Below are positions 46,931-57,276 of a stretch of DNA of 64,000 nt, piece by piece. Under the pieces are notes generated by a model. It did not search any database. It was not told the DNA's origin and saw only the letters and a program-made list of their open reading frames with translations. A program made the translations under genes and the position numbers. Origin of the DNA: a virus (Duplodnaviria > Heunggongvirae > Uroviricota > Caudoviricetes); IMG/VR virus record IMGVR_UViG_2541047850_000005, positions 1-64,000 of that record, one strand, 5' to 3'. Position 1 is the stretch's first letter; each line of letters begins with the position of its first letter.

Positions 46931-49270
46931 TTACTCTTCTACTGACTCGGTGGGGTTGTCTTTTGCTCTTCGGTCGTCGATTGCCTGCAAAGCCGCAATG
47001 ATTTCAGCCAGTGGCTTCTCCCGATACATCTCGACGATCTGCGATTTGGTGTATTTCTTGTCACCAATTTCAACTCGCCCGCTGGCGTTCTTTGGCAGGT
47101 ATCCTTCTTCCAGCATGTACTCGACGAGCGATTCGATAACGTCGAGGCCACGAGTAGGATCGAAGTAGAATTTCCAGGTGCATTTGCCATACGGTGGTGC
47201 AACTTTGTTTTTGATGCATTCTGCGCCTACGTCCTGGCCGATCTTCTCTTTACCATCCTTCATCACCGATGCACCAAGACGGATACGTACAGAAGCGTAG
47301 AACTTCGGTGAATCTCCACCTGGCGACGTAGTAGGGTCGCCAAACATTACACCGATTTTTGTGCGAACCTGATTCAAGAAGATGATGCAGGCGTTGTATT
47401 TGCGTGCCCACAAAGCCAGAGTAGGGAAGTTCGCACTTGTCGCACGAGCCAGTGCCGTATTGTCGTTCATGTTTAGCTGATCTTTGTCTTTGGCAGTGCC
47501 TTCAGCCATCTTTTCGAACTTCTCGGCTTTGGAGTTCGGAACCATAGACGCAAGTGAGTCAGCCACGATACAGATAGGTGCTGATTCAGGAATAAGCTCT
47601 TCATCACGTACCAATTTAAGAATTGTGCCGATCAACTCTACAGAGTCTTCGAAGGTATCAGGCTGCTTGTATACCCACTGACCGTCATCCTCATCTGCGT
47701 TCAGGCCATTGGCTACAGCCAGGCCAACGTCAAAACTGTTTTCATGATCGAGGAATACCGCCAGACCATCTTGTTTTTGAGCGGAGATCATCGCTGCTGT
47801 TGCAAGGAATGTGTTGTGGCTGATAATCCCGTTAGACCAGAAAGAGTGTGTTTCCGGCATCGCTACGTCGAACGTTGGTGCTTCACCTTCCTCAATAGCC
47901 ACGACTTCGTCGTAGAATAAGTTAGAGCCAATTACCGCTGCCAGTTGTGCAAACAGATGCTCGTTAAAACGATTCTTTCTGCCAATGAAGGAGACATAGA
48001 TTTCTCGCAGTTTGTCTATTCCGACACGATCGCCGCGGCCAATAACGTGGTCTACCAGAGCGTAGTCTTCACGGGTGGTCTTGGTGAGCGACTCGTAGAG
48101 TGATTTCACTAAGCCGCTGATGTGCGGAACATAGCCTGAGTAAGTGCGGTCAAAACCAATGTCCCGTTTGGTTGCCACTGATAAACGTGCCGGAGATTCG
48201 AAACCAATCGTTGACAGAAAAAGGTCGTAATTAGAGCCACTGAATGACAGCCGGTAATATGTATTTTCATAACCCGCGACGTGTTTTTCAGAGATAGTTG
48301 ACGTAATCCCCAGATTCAGGAGCATGAGGCGAATTTGCTGTAGCAGCAGCCCACTCGCGCTCACAACCTCAATGCAGCGACCACCATTGACGTGGCATTC
48401 CAGCTCAAAGTAGCCGCGAAGGAATGCAATTTGAGCCTCGCTATTGGCGCGACGCACACTCAACGGAACCTGCTTGCCAGCAGCTTTCTCATACTCCAGA
48501 CCATATTCTTTAAAAAGCAGCGAACGCACCTCTTTGCTAAACAGCACATGGTCTTCCGAGCCGTTATGTTTTCTCGTAACTGGCATCTTGTCTGATACCA
48601 GCGAAATGAGGCGGTAGTACTCATCCTTGATGAATGGATCTGTGTTAGAAAAATGCACAGAATTTTCAGAGGCCACGTATCCGTCAGCAATTAAATAGCC
48701 CATCAGTTTTGCGATATTGGCATCCAAGTGCTGATCGCCGAATTGATGTGTGCCAACCATTGAAGGAATCGTGTCGCCTACACTGATTTTTTCAGCATAC
48801 CGCCAGACGATATTGCCTAAGTCGTCAACCACACGAATTGGGTGACGGAACGTAGCCTCGATGTAACCCCCTGATGCCAGCTTAATGCGCTTGAATTTGC
48901 GACGGTTGTTCCATGTCAGGTGTGAGGTTTTCTCTATCACGCCATTTTCATTGATGAGTCCAACGTTATGCTCTACATCGCGAGTAGTGCATGTTGCTTT
49001 GTGCCCCTCAATCTCAAACAGTTCTTTCACTGTTACCATTCCACGCTCCGTCAGCAGCATGGTGTCTGCGGTAACACATTTCCCCGCACTTGGAGGACCG
49101 AATACTTCGACGATACGACCACATGGGAAACCGCCATCGTAACGACCGGAAATCGCTTTGTTTAACGGAGGAAAGCCTGTGTCAATCCAATGAGTTACTT
49201 TCTGAATTTCGTCGTTGCTACCGATTTTCTTTTTCAGAGCAAGTGCCAGTGCGGATTTTCCTTTTGCCAT
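46931..49270 (-). CDS. recA: RecA-family recombinase interrupted by a 422-aa intein
   Basis: exteins align by eye with E. coli RecA (RIVEVFGPPSAGK|T.., ..IIFLNQVRTKIGVMFGDPTTSPGGDSPKFYASVRIRL..); extein total ~357 aa. Confidence 0.85.
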   Translation of the reverse strand: MAKGKSALALALKKKIGSNDEIQKVTHWIDTGFPPLNKAISGRYDGGFPCGRIVEVFGPPSAGKCVTADTMLLTERGMVTVKELFEIEGHKATCTTRDVEHNVGLINENGVIEKTSHLTWNNRRKFKRIKLASGGYIEATFRHPIRVVDDLGNIVWRYAEKISVGDTIPSMVGTHQFGDQHLDANIAKLMGYLIADGYVASENSVHFSNTDPFIKDEYYRLISLVSDKMPVTRKHNGSEDHVLFSKEVRSLLFKEYGLEYEKAAGKQVPLSVRRANSEAQIAFLRGYFELECHVNGGRCIEVVSASGLLLQQIRLMLLNLGITSTISEKHVAGYENTYYRLSFSGSNYDLFLSTIGFESPARLSVATKRDIGFDRTYSGYVPHISGLVKSLYESLTKTTREDYALVDHVIGRGDRVGIDKLREIYVSFIGRKNRFNEHLFAQLAAVIGSNLFYDEVVAIEEGEAPTFDVAMPETHSFWSNGIISHNTFLATAAMISAQKQDGLAVFLDHENSFDVGLAVANGLNADEDDGQWVYKQPDTFEDSVELIGTILKLVRDEELIPESAPICIVADSLASMVPNSKAEKFEKMAEGTAKDKDQLNMNDNTALARATSANFPTLALWARKYNACIIFLNQVRTKIGVMFGDPTTSPGGDSPKFYASVRIRLGASVMKDGKEKIGQDVGAECIKNKVAPPYGKCTWKFYFDPTRGLDVIESLVEYMLEEGYLPKNASGRVEIGDKKYTKSQIVEMYREKPLAEIIAALQAIDDRRAKDNPTESVEE
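47813..49078 (-). other. intein with LAGLIDADG homing-endonuclease domain inserted in the RecA P-loop (between K64 and T+1)
   Basis: starts with Cys (CVTADTML), ends ..IISHN followed by Thr; LAGLIDADG-like motifs LMGYLIADGYV and AFLRGYFELECH. Confidence 0.75.
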
Positions 49271-49272
49271 GA

Positions 49273-49545
49273 TCAGGCTCCTTTTGTTTCGTTGATTCGT
49301 TTTAAAGCGGCGGATTCGTCGAATACAATCGCATCGTGGTTAAGGTGTCTGGATACACGAGCGAGGATTTTTACGACCTGCTCGCTGACTAATCCAAACT
49401 CGCGATCTGTCGCTTTCATTCCGGCAGCGTCTAGAATTGACGGCAGTGCGATGACAGCGTACTCACCGTGATAAAAGACAATCTCTTTTGCCAGTTGGGT
49501 AGGGGTGGTTGTAGCGCCATTAATAATCGATTTAAGCATTAGCAA
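49273..49545 (-). CDS. hypothetical protein (90 aa)
   Basis: ORF between FEN and recA genes. Confidence 0.4.
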   Translation of the reverse strand: MLMLKSIINGATTTPTQLAKEIVFYHGEYAVIALPSILDAAGMKATDREFGLVSEQVVKILARVSRHLNHDAIVFDESAALKRINETKGA

Positions 49546-50534
49546 TACCTTTCGAATGGAAGAACAAACACTTCAAGGTCTTCAAGGAACGAACGGAAAT
49601 TCAGCTCGTAGCACAGTTGCTCGAATGCTTTCACGTCACGATTGCCTTTGATTGTTTCGATTTCGGTAGGCGGAAACTTCGTCTCAATCAGGTTCATTAG
49701 CGTGATGTTTCTCTTGAACGCTTCGAGCATTCGACAGCCTGTTTTCTCGTTGAAGGCATTCTTCGCTAGTTTGTTGAAGGCGGTCTTATGACGCCCTTTA
49801 TTAACCACGATTGAGCCGTCGTTGATGCCGCGTACCATCGTTGCGACACTTCCCCATTCATGCAGTAGCTCTTTCGCACCGCCAGCACCAATGCCACCAA
49901 CACCGCTAATGTTGTCCGATTTATCGCCTTGTAATGCTTTTGCTTCCAAAAATGCGCGAGGAGTAGCGAATCCTGTCAGCTCCGCAAATTGCTCAAAATT
50001 AACCTGCTTGTTTTTGGCGTCTTCGCGCAGGCTTACCCAGCTTACGTTTTCGCGAACTAACTGAAGCCAGTCGCTATCGCCTGTTAACAGATAGATGTGT
50101 TCAACGATTGGCTGCGGTGCAATGCTGGCTACCAGCAGCCCGGCCAGATCATCCGCTTCTGCATCTTTTGCAATGAGTTGGGTAACTCCAAGCGCGGTCA
50201 TCATTTTGAGGATGTATGGCTTCTGGATAGCAAAGCCTTCCTTCATCTTTTTCATATCAGGATCGTCGTCGCGATTTGCTTTGTAGTCCGGGTAAAAGTC
50301 GCGACGCTTGTCACTAAATCCATCCCAAAGAATCATAGGTCGGGCATGGAGGATGGAGGCATAACGACGGACGTTCTTAACAAAGCCGAAAGCAGCCTGT
50401 ACTTCCATTTCGCCGTTGTGCAATTTGTCAGATTGTTGGTGGTAATAACCCAGGCTATTGCCATCTACGAAGAGATAATTCTCCGGTACATTCCTTCCAA
50501 AAAGTAAGGCGTCCGTAGACGCCTTACTGGTCAC
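49539..50534 (-). CDS. 5'-3' exonuclease / flap endonuclease (T4 RNase H / Pol I 5'-exo family)
   Basis: ..LFVDGNSLGYY.., ..GDSD.., ..GDKSDNISGVGGIGAGGA.. (helix-hairpin-helix region); apparent GTG start. Confidence 0.8.
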   Translation of the reverse strand: MTSKASTDALLFGRNVPENYLFVDGNSLGYYHQQSDKLHNGEMEVQAAFGFVKNVRRYASILHARPMILWDGFSDKRRDFYPDYKANRDDDPDMKKMKEGFAIQKPYILKMMTALGVTQLIAKDAEADDLAGLLVASIAPQPIVEHIYLLTGDSDWLQLVRENVSWVSLREDAKNKQVNFEQFAELTGFATPRAFLEAKALQGDKSDNISGVGGIGAGGAKELLHEWGSVATMVRGINDGSIVVNKGRHKTAFNKLAKNAFNEKTGCRMLEAFKRNITLMNLIETKFPPTEIETIKGNRDVKAFEQLCYELNFRSFLEDLEVFVLPFERYC

Positions 50535-50543
50535 GTAATGGGA

Positions 50544-51572
50544 TTAAAGAGAGTCCAGCTCTCTCAGTAGGTCATCCAGACCTTCATCTTCCGTCGCAGA
50601 TGCGGCTGCTACAGATGTCGCTGCGACTGCTTCAGACTCTTTGACTGATACTGCAACGGCAGCGGAACTTGCTTCTGGTTTAAATTCAGTTTCAACGGCA
50701 CGGAGGATTTCTTCATCAACCAGACTGGTTGGTTCAGAAGCTGGGGTGTGAGCGGTAGCTACAGCAGTCGCACCCTCCGTATGACCAGTGACAGAGCCAA
50801 ATCCAGGCAGTGCCGCAGCCGATGTTTTCGCGGTTGAGGAAATTGCTGGTGCAGATGCTGCGGCAGTTGGTGCAGCGATGCCAATCAGACGACCCATAGT
50901 GCGAACTGTCGACAGAAGACGAGTTTCATCAGCCTGATTTGCGTATGCGATCAGATCATGCTGGGTGTTCCAGAATTTATCTTCGATATCGCCTTTGTAG
51001 ACTTTACGCTTAGGCGAGACGTCATATTTGGTATCGCGACCAGAGCCAGTACGTTTAATCAGGAATGCGTAGCCTTCCTCTTTGCTCAGTGGATTACCGA
51101 TATCATCAGCGATGTCTTCGGTGATTGCTTTGCAGATATCATCGAATACAGTAGACGGCAGCTCGATTAACTGGCATTTCTCAGCATCTGCGAAATCCTC
51201 ACGAGCAGAAAGAATGCCGTTGACCAGGTAGCGAGGAGTGGCACGCATTTGACCGATGCGTTCTTCCATTGCTTTGTTACCCTTGTGACGAGCGCGACCT
51301 TCCATCACCATTTCGCATAGCTGACAAGCGCGACCGTGAGTATGTTGCTCACAAATATAAGCGTTGGTTGCTTCTTTACCTTCCTCGTTCTGATACTTAA
51401 CGTAGTGCATACCGAAAGTCTGGAAGAACTTACCGTTTGGGTCGTCTTTATTCGGGAAGATGCGGATATAGTTGACGCCGTCTTTTAAGCGAGTCAGATC
51501 AACGTTGTTACCACGTTTGGCGGCAATGTCTTCACGAGTTTTGTTAAGCAAATCAAGTAATGTCTTAGACAT
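50544..51572 (-). CDS. single-stranded DNA-binding protein, T4 gp32-like
   Basis: ..IRIFPNKDD.. and His-Cys-Cys-Cys spacing (MHYVK..ICEQHTHGRACQLCE) reminiscent of gp32 zinc site; long Ala/Ser-rich linker and acidic C-terminal tail. Confidence 0.6.
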   Translation of the reverse strand: MSKTLLDLLNKTREDIAAKRGNNVDLTRLKDGVNYIRIFPNKDDPNGKFFQTFGMHYVKYQNEEGKEATNAYICEQHTHGRACQLCEMVMEGRARHKGNKAMEERIGQMRATPRYLVNGILSAREDFADAEKCQLIELPSTVFDDICKAITEDIADDIGNPLSKEEGYAFLIKRTGSGRDTKYDVSPKRKVYKGDIEDKFWNTQHDLIAYANQADETRLLSTVRTMGRLIGIAAPTAAASAPAISSTAKTSAAALPGFGSVTGHTEGATAVATAHTPASEPTSLVDEEILRAVETEFKPEASSAAVAVSVKESEAVAATSVAAASATEDEGLDDLLRELDSL

Positions 51573-51689
51573 GTGTTTCTCCTTGTTGTGATTTGGCCGA
51601 TGGCGCTATGCGCGTTGGGCTTTCGTTCATTCGTGGCTCTTTCGAGCTGTTTAATGATAGATCAGTGCTTACTTATTATCTATCAAAAA

Positions 51690-52121
51690 TCAACGGGGAG
51701 TAATAAAGCGTTCAGAGCCTAATCGCTCTAATTCAACGATGGCCATCTTTGACGCCTGAACGATCATGTCTCGGCGATGCGAAAAGGCGGCGACAGCATG
51801 TTTGTATATGTCTGCGATGTGCCGTGCTTCATCCAACTTCTGCCGTTTAGACAGATACTGTGGGTTTGTTTTAACCTTAGCGTCCAGTACAGATTCGTTG
51901 AACTTAATGCCGTTCATACTCAAGTTCTTACGCTCTGTGTCGTATAGCTTTGCTTCAACAGCTTCAAGGTTAAGTTTTGCTTCTGCGACACTTCTTTCTG
52001 CATGGGCGAGTTTTGAGCCATATTCCATCAACAGGCGGGGTTGTCTACGCCAGACTTCCTCCAGATTGTCTCGGTCAAACTCGAGATCAGACATTATTTT
52101 CTCGTAAATATCGGTGATCAT
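51690..52121 (-). CDS. hypothetical coiled-coil protein (143 aa)
   Basis: ORF immediately downstream of the polymerase gene. Confidence 0.5.
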   Translation of the reverse strand: MITDIYEKIMSDLEFDRDNLEEVWRRQPRLLMEYGSKLAHAERSVAEAKLNLEAVEAKLYDTERKNLSMNGIKFNESVLDAKVKTNPQYLSKRQKLDEARHIADIYKHAVAAFSHRRDMIVQASKMAIVELERLGSERFITPR

Positions 52122-52246
52122 GTGCTTTCCTTTTTACTTATCATCTTATATTGATTATATCATTGTGATGATAAGGCAAGGAGTTCGAGGATAGGGGATA
52201 TGAGGGGATAAGAGAAAACATGGCCATAGAGGCCATGTTTATTGGA

Positions 52247-55200
52247 TCACGACTTAATAGTTTCTGCTACGTCGGCTAATATCGCTTCTAGTCGTTCTCC
52301 CTCTTCAGGTCTGAAGTAAAGAATGTTGGGGTTAAACCCGTAAAAGACAGTAACGTCAAGGTCTGGAAGATACTCCTTCCTGCCGACCAAATCGGATGGC
52401 TTGTTTTTGTTGTTAAACAATGCCGTTGCCCGGCTGCCACACGTCAGCACATAGGTCGGACGCACCAGATTGATCTCTTCACGTATAAAGTCGGTGAACT
52501 GGCCGATCTCGTCTTTGGTGTAGTCTTTTTCTTTGTCTTTAACCTTCTTGCAAACGCCTGTGACATAGAGATCGCCCATGCGTAAATCTCCAGCCGTCAA
52601 TAGCTTGGCCTTAAAGTCGTCGTATCCGTTCTCCATAAAGTAACCTGTTCGAGCATCATTGCCGTTCGCATTGTCCAGAATGATCATGATTTTCGGCTTA
52701 ATACCAATGCTGGGGCGGATTAGTTCATCACCTAAGCCCATTTCAGCCGCCATCCGTGTCATGAGCACGTTAATCTCAGCCGAACGTTTGGGGTTCATCT
52801 CAAACGGACGTGAGGCTTTAACTGCGTCTATGACAAGATTTCCCATCAATTCCGCTTGGTCGCGGAGACGTTCTGGATCAGTTGCTGGCAGACTACCTGG
52901 CTCGATGGATGCAAACGCACCTACTTTTCGCAGTGATTCGCGCACTCGACTATTACAGGCACGTTTCTCGACAGCTTCTTCGAATTGCGCCAGTGACTCG
53001 AATTTGCCGCCAACTTTTTCTCGCGCTCTCATGATGGCTTGGCAGCCATTCTCAGAACACCCCTTCACAGCAGAGAAGGGTGCATACAGAACCTGGCTGC
53101 CATCTTCAAGCGTGCGGATCTCGATTCGGTTAGATGACACGTTAACGTCTGGTGGCAATACGCGAATACCATAGGTCAGCGCATCTTTAACCAGCCCTTG
53201 GTGTTTATCTTCGCCAAGAATAGTGAGAGCAGCAGCGAAAAACTCTGCGGGATAATGAGTTTTCAACCACATAGATTGATAACTGATTAAGGAGTAAGCA
53301 ACAGAGTGTGATTTGTTGAACTGGTAGGCACCATTTTTTTCGAATGCGGTCCAGATCTCCTTCGCTTTCATCTCTGATAGGCCAGGATGTGACGCTGTAA
53401 CGCGTACTGCGTTTATAGGTAGTTTTGCGCCGTGCTCAAGTGCCTCTTCGACAGTTTTCAGAGTTCCGTCTTCGCATTTAAAATGTTCCGCACGGTGAAT
53501 GCGCTGTGTAGTGCCATCTTCCAGCTCAACGTCTATCCAGCCAGCTTGAGCCTGAACGATGAACTTCTCGCCCATGCTCTTCATTTTTTCCATGTTCTTC
53601 TTACCGATTGCGGAACGCACACCGTCAGCTTCAGCCATTGTGAAGCCGGCAAGCAATCGAGTCGCGTTCATCGTCTGTTCCTGATAGAGAATCACGCCAT
53701 TTGTTTCCGCGGTAAGTTCATCAAGAACGGGGTGTAATGATTCCGGCGTCATAAAGCCTTTGGCGACAGAAACATAGTCATCCAACATGCCTGATTGAAT
53801 TGGCCCCGGCCGGAAGAGCGCAGTTGTAGCGACGACCGTTTTAAAGCTCATTGGCTCAATTCCACCACCTAAATCTTTAAGCAGCTTGCGCATTGGGCCT
53901 GATTCAAGCTGGAAAACACCTTGAGTGTACCCAGCAGCAAAACCATCCAGTACCTTGCGATCTTCAAGAGAAATGGCATCAAGATTGATATCCTCACCTG
54001 TGTTCTCTTTAATGTAGCGTTTTGCACTATCGAGCAAATCGAGAGTCGCCAGGCCAAGTACATCCAGCTTAATTAGGCCCATAGCCTCGCAGTAACGCTT
54101 GTCAAATGCGATACAACGCGCGTCACCACGGCGTTCAACCGGTGTACGTTCTGTCAAGGGAACACCTGCTACGATCATCCCTGCCGCATGTCTGCCAAAG
54201 CCACGCATAATGCTTTGTAACTTACAGGCTGCATTGAATGCATCAGGATATTTTGTCGCGTATTTGTCGAGACTTGCTAGTTGTTCGCGCAGCTCTTCCA
54301 ATGGAAGGCTATCATCCTCGACGTTCTTCAGTTCTTTTGATACCGCCATATCCGCAGCATCGACACCGTAAATACGCGCAGTGTCACGCAGCGCAGAAGC
54401 AGCGCCCAGATAGGTGAAGTTCGGAATACCGGCAACGTAATCTTCGCCATAGCGTTCATTCAGATACTCGATCACCTCATGACGACGTGCCTGACTGAAG
54501 TCTAAATCAGCATCCGGCAAGTCGAGACGCTCAGGGTTGATGAAACGCTCAAACAGAAGACCGTGACGGATTGGGTCGACGTTGGTTATGCCTATGCACC
54601 ACGCCACCAGAGAACCGGCAGAGGAACCACGACCAGGCCCAACGGGAATGCCAGTTTCACGACTATGATTCATCAGATCGCGCACCATCAGGAAGTAACC
54701 ACAGAATCCCAGGCGAGTCAGCGTGTCCATTTCGTACTTTAGCCGCTCAACATAAACCCTGTTCTCAGAAGCAGGTGGTGTGTATCCAAACTCTTTTGTG
54801 GTAAGACGTTTACGCAGCCCTGCAACAGCCAGTTTCATCAGCGTTGCAGGTTCGTCGTCTGCCATCTTGGGCAGTGCTGGTGGCAATTCATGCCAGCGCC
54901 ATGTGCAGGCATCGATAATGGTATCCTGCGTTGTTGAGGCCATTGCAGCTGTTACCGGCACATCCATGCGAACGGAGAAGGCTTTAAGCGACTCAAGGAG
55001 ATGGCGGCGACCATTGACGGCGTTATCTCGCTGGTGGGGGATACGCAGACGATGCGGCTGGTCGATTTTTATGTTGTTCGTAACCATGTGCGCAATGTCT
55101 TTAATGTCTGCATCGTCGATCGATTCGTAATAAGCGGGATAGAACGCTACTGGCTCTATTTTCAGTGCGCTGGCTACTTTCATCGCTCGGACGTTAATCT

Positions 55201-55765
55201 GGTCGTAGAATGGGGTAGGGTGCGGATAAACCACGCTATAGAAGTTGTCTTTTCCACCCGCTGTAATCAGTGTGCTTATGATTTTTGCAAAATCGTTGCG
55301 TTGGAACACGCTACCGATGTCGGAAGTGAGCAGGATGATGTTGCCTTTGGCATATGTAGAAACCAACTGTTCGAGCGAGAGACGCGGTACAAAGTAGAAC
55401 TGTTCTCGTGTGTTGGCCACCGTCATTAGTTCGCAGATGTCGCGATATCCTTGCTCATTTTTAATTAGAGCGGTAAACGAGTAGTTACGTCCCCGCTCTA
55501 ATGATTCCATACATCTCATAGATTCTTTAGCAAGTTTAGCACGGTGCTCGTATGTGGGATCATCAACAATGTTTAGTTTCACACCACAAATAACCGCCAT
55601 GTCGTCACCAGCGGCACGTTGTAGTGGAATAACGCTCGCAATATTCATGCTATCTGCTGAAATTACAGCGGTGTAGCCAGCTTCTCTGGCAATCTTCACC
55701 GCGTTTTCTGCTTTTAAAGCCGACTCCCCAAGTGAGAAGTCAGTTCGAACCATCAGTGCCTTCAT
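52247..55765 (-). CDS. dnaE: DNA polymerase III alpha-like (DnaE-type, C-family) replicative polymerase
   Basis: 1172 aa; N-terminal PHP-domain-like region, large multi-domain architecture typical of DnaE; the island encodes its own DnaQ-like exonuclease. Confidence 0.85.
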   Translation of the reverse strand: MKALMVRTDFSLGESALKAENAVKIAREAGYTAVISADSMNIASVIPLQRAAGDDMAVICGVKLNIVDDPTYEHRAKLAKESMRCMESLERGRNYSFTALIKNEQGYRDICELMTVANTREQFYFVPRLSLEQLVSTYAKGNIILLTSDIGSVFQRNDFAKIISTLITAGGKDNFYSVVYPHPTPFYDQINVRAMKVASALKIEPVAFYPAYYESIDDADIKDIAHMVTNNIKIDQPHRLRIPHQRDNAVNGRRHLLESLKAFSVRMDVPVTAAMASTTQDTIIDACTWRWHELPPALPKMADDEPATLMKLAVAGLRKRLTTKEFGYTPPASENRVYVERLKYEMDTLTRLGFCGYFLMVRDLMNHSRETGIPVGPGRGSSAGSLVAWCIGITNVDPIRHGLLFERFINPERLDLPDADLDFSQARRHEVIEYLNERYGEDYVAGIPNFTYLGAASALRDTARIYGVDAADMAVSKELKNVEDDSLPLEELREQLASLDKYATKYPDAFNAACKLQSIMRGFGRHAAGMIVAGVPLTERTPVERRGDARCIAFDKRYCEAMGLIKLDVLGLATLDLLDSAKRYIKENTGEDINLDAISLEDRKVLDGFAAGYTQGVFQLESGPMRKLLKDLGGGIEPMSFKTVVATTALFRPGPIQSGMLDDYVSVAKGFMTPESLHPVLDELTAETNGVILYQEQTMNATRLLAGFTMAEADGVRSAIGKKNMEKMKSMGEKFIVQAQAGWIDVELEDGTTQRIHRAEHFKCEDGTLKTVEEALEHGAKLPINAVRVTASHPGLSEMKAKEIWTAFEKNGAYQFNKSHSVAYSLISYQSMWLKTHYPAEFFAAALTILGEDKHQGLVKDALTYGIRVLPPDVNVSSNRIEIRTLEDGSQVLYAPFSAVKGCSENGCQAIMRAREKVGGKFESLAQFEEAVEKRACNSRVRESLRKVGAFASIEPGSLPATDPERLRDQAELMGNLVIDAVKASRPFEMNPKRSAEINVLMTRMAAEMGLGDELIRPSIGIKPKIMIILDNANGNDARTGYFMENGYDDFKAKLLTAGDLRMGDLYVTGVCKKVKDKEKDYTKDEIGQFTDFIREEINLVRPTYVLTCGSRATALFNNKNKPSDLVGRKEYLPDLDVTVFYGFNPNILYFRPEEGERLEAILADVAETIKS

Positions 55766-55945
55766 GTGTTTTTACCTTTCTGGTTTTTTTGATTTTGTCA
55801 TTTGGGAAGCCTACGAACTTCCCATGCATCGAAATCGCAACTTCTTTTGCTGATTGGTGACAATAAGGCTTGTCTGGACACACCAGACAAGCCTTACCAG
55901 TTTCAGAAGCAGCGATAAGAGAGCCGAAACATCCTTTACGCACGA

Positions 55946-57181
55946 TCAACCAAATATTTTTTGAACAACTTCACGAGCCGCTTGTGCAGAAGCTGAAGGG
56001 AGTTTGTTAATGAAAGAACGCTCAATACCTGTCACAAAATCGCCTCGCATCATTCCAATCTTGGCCGACAACAAAAGCTCACGAGGCCCAATCGGTTGGC
56101 TGATATTGTGTTCTTCGTATCCATCGCGAACGATACCGGCAAACTTAACCATCTTTTCAGCGTATTCATCCACGATGCCGGCATTTATCAACATGTTGAT
56201 CTCTGCCTCTTTGCTCATGTATTTCACATTCGAAACGATGCCAAAACGCGAAAAGTTAGCGGCGTTCTGGATGTTTGTACCCTGGTACAAGCCGGTTTCA
56301 TCACCAGATCCGTTCGTGTTGCCAGTGCCAATGAAAGCAAACCGTTCATGCGGAGTAATGCGACGCCATTCTGGAGTCGCCTCTTTGATGACCAACGCTT
56401 CACCTTCCAGCACTGGCTGATACACGCCAAGAATCTGTGGAAACGCAAAGTCGTATTCATCCGCGAGGTAAACCCAGCCATGCTTCATTGCGAGCGCAAG
56501 CAAACCAGGCTCGAAATACGTAGAGCCATCACGCGCCAGAATTTGTCCCGTAACATGAGCCTCTTCCATTGATGCTGTATGTTGGGCACGGATTAACGGA
56601 CGATTGAGCAAAGCACATAGTTGTGTAGGCAATGAAGATTTGCCTGTTCCTGCATGACCCCACAAATAGCCTGGTATGCCAAGTTCAAGCATCATGAAAA
56701 TGTCTTTGATCAGTTCGAAGTCGCCATATACGTATCCCTTCTTCACTTCTGGAACGAACTCTGGAAACGGCGTATTGACGTTGACGCTAACCATGAGCGG
56801 CGTCCCACGTTTTGTTCCGAGTTCTTTCACCGTTACATTTAGCATTTCGTGAGCTGCGACCAGATCTGTCTTGTACTCAACTGTGCCTGTATAGCCTGGG
56901 CTATTGGTCACGCCAGATGATTTGGCCATTTCGCTTTTTTGCTCGGCACGTTTAGCTTGAATTGCATCAAGTGCCTTTTTCGATAGCGTTGGCTCATCTG
57001 GAAACTGCGTTGTGTACATTTTCAGTACGGTGTCAGGATCGGCATCTTTTACTGACTCAGGAATGCCCTCGCAATTACCATTGGCTACATGGGACTTAAA
57101 ATAGTGAAATGATTTTCCGCACCACTTGCAAACAAGGTAATCAGAAGGATTTTTTTCATTTTGCAGTGCAGTAGTAGTCAT
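55946..57181 (-). CDS. CobS-like MoxR-family AAA+ ATPase with N-terminal Cys/His zinc-ribbon-like segment
   Basis: Walker A ..GHAGTGKSS.., Walker B ..VYLADEYD..; N-terminal CKWCGK..H..C. Confidence 0.7.
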   Translation of the reverse strand: MTTTALQNEKNPSDYLVCKWCGKSFHYFKSHVANGNCEGIPESVKDADPDTVLKMYTTQFPDEPTLSKKALDAIQAKRAEQKSEMAKSSGVTNSPGYTGTVEYKTDLVAAHEMLNVTVKELGTKRGTPLMVSVNVNTPFPEFVPEVKKGYVYGDFELIKDIFMMLELGIPGYLWGHAGTGKSSLPTQLCALLNRPLIRAQHTASMEEAHVTGQILARDGSTYFEPGLLALAMKHGWVYLADEYDFAFPQILGVYQPVLEGEALVIKEATPEWRRITPHERFAFIGTGNTNGSGDETGLYQGTNIQNAANFSRFGIVSNVKYMSKEAEINMLINAGIVDEYAEKMVKFAGIVRDGYEEHNISQPIGPRELLLSAKIGMMRGDFVTGIERSFINKLPSASAQAAREVVQKIFG

Positions 57182-57276
57182 GCGTTTTTCCTTTGTTTTC
57201 TAATGAGCTTTCAACTTCTTATATAAATATACCATCAAATATCGTAAGTGATTACTTATCATTAAGGCTATTCTAA

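Noticed and set aside
52659-55429. Plus-strand ORFs (171, 101, 90, 77, 116, 142 aa) inside the dnaE-like gene, and 58199..58933 inside the cobT-like gene
   Set aside because: Antisense to long, well-supported minus-strand genes; low-complexity translations (Ser/Arg-rich).
55740-55949. 69-aa Cys-rich ORF between the cobS-like and dnaE-like genes
   Set aside because: No in-frame ATG (track start is TTG), overlaps the dnaE start by 26 nt, and the interval contains a strong hairpin (AAGGCTTGTCTGG..CCAGACAAGCCTT) more consistent with a terminator/intergenic element.
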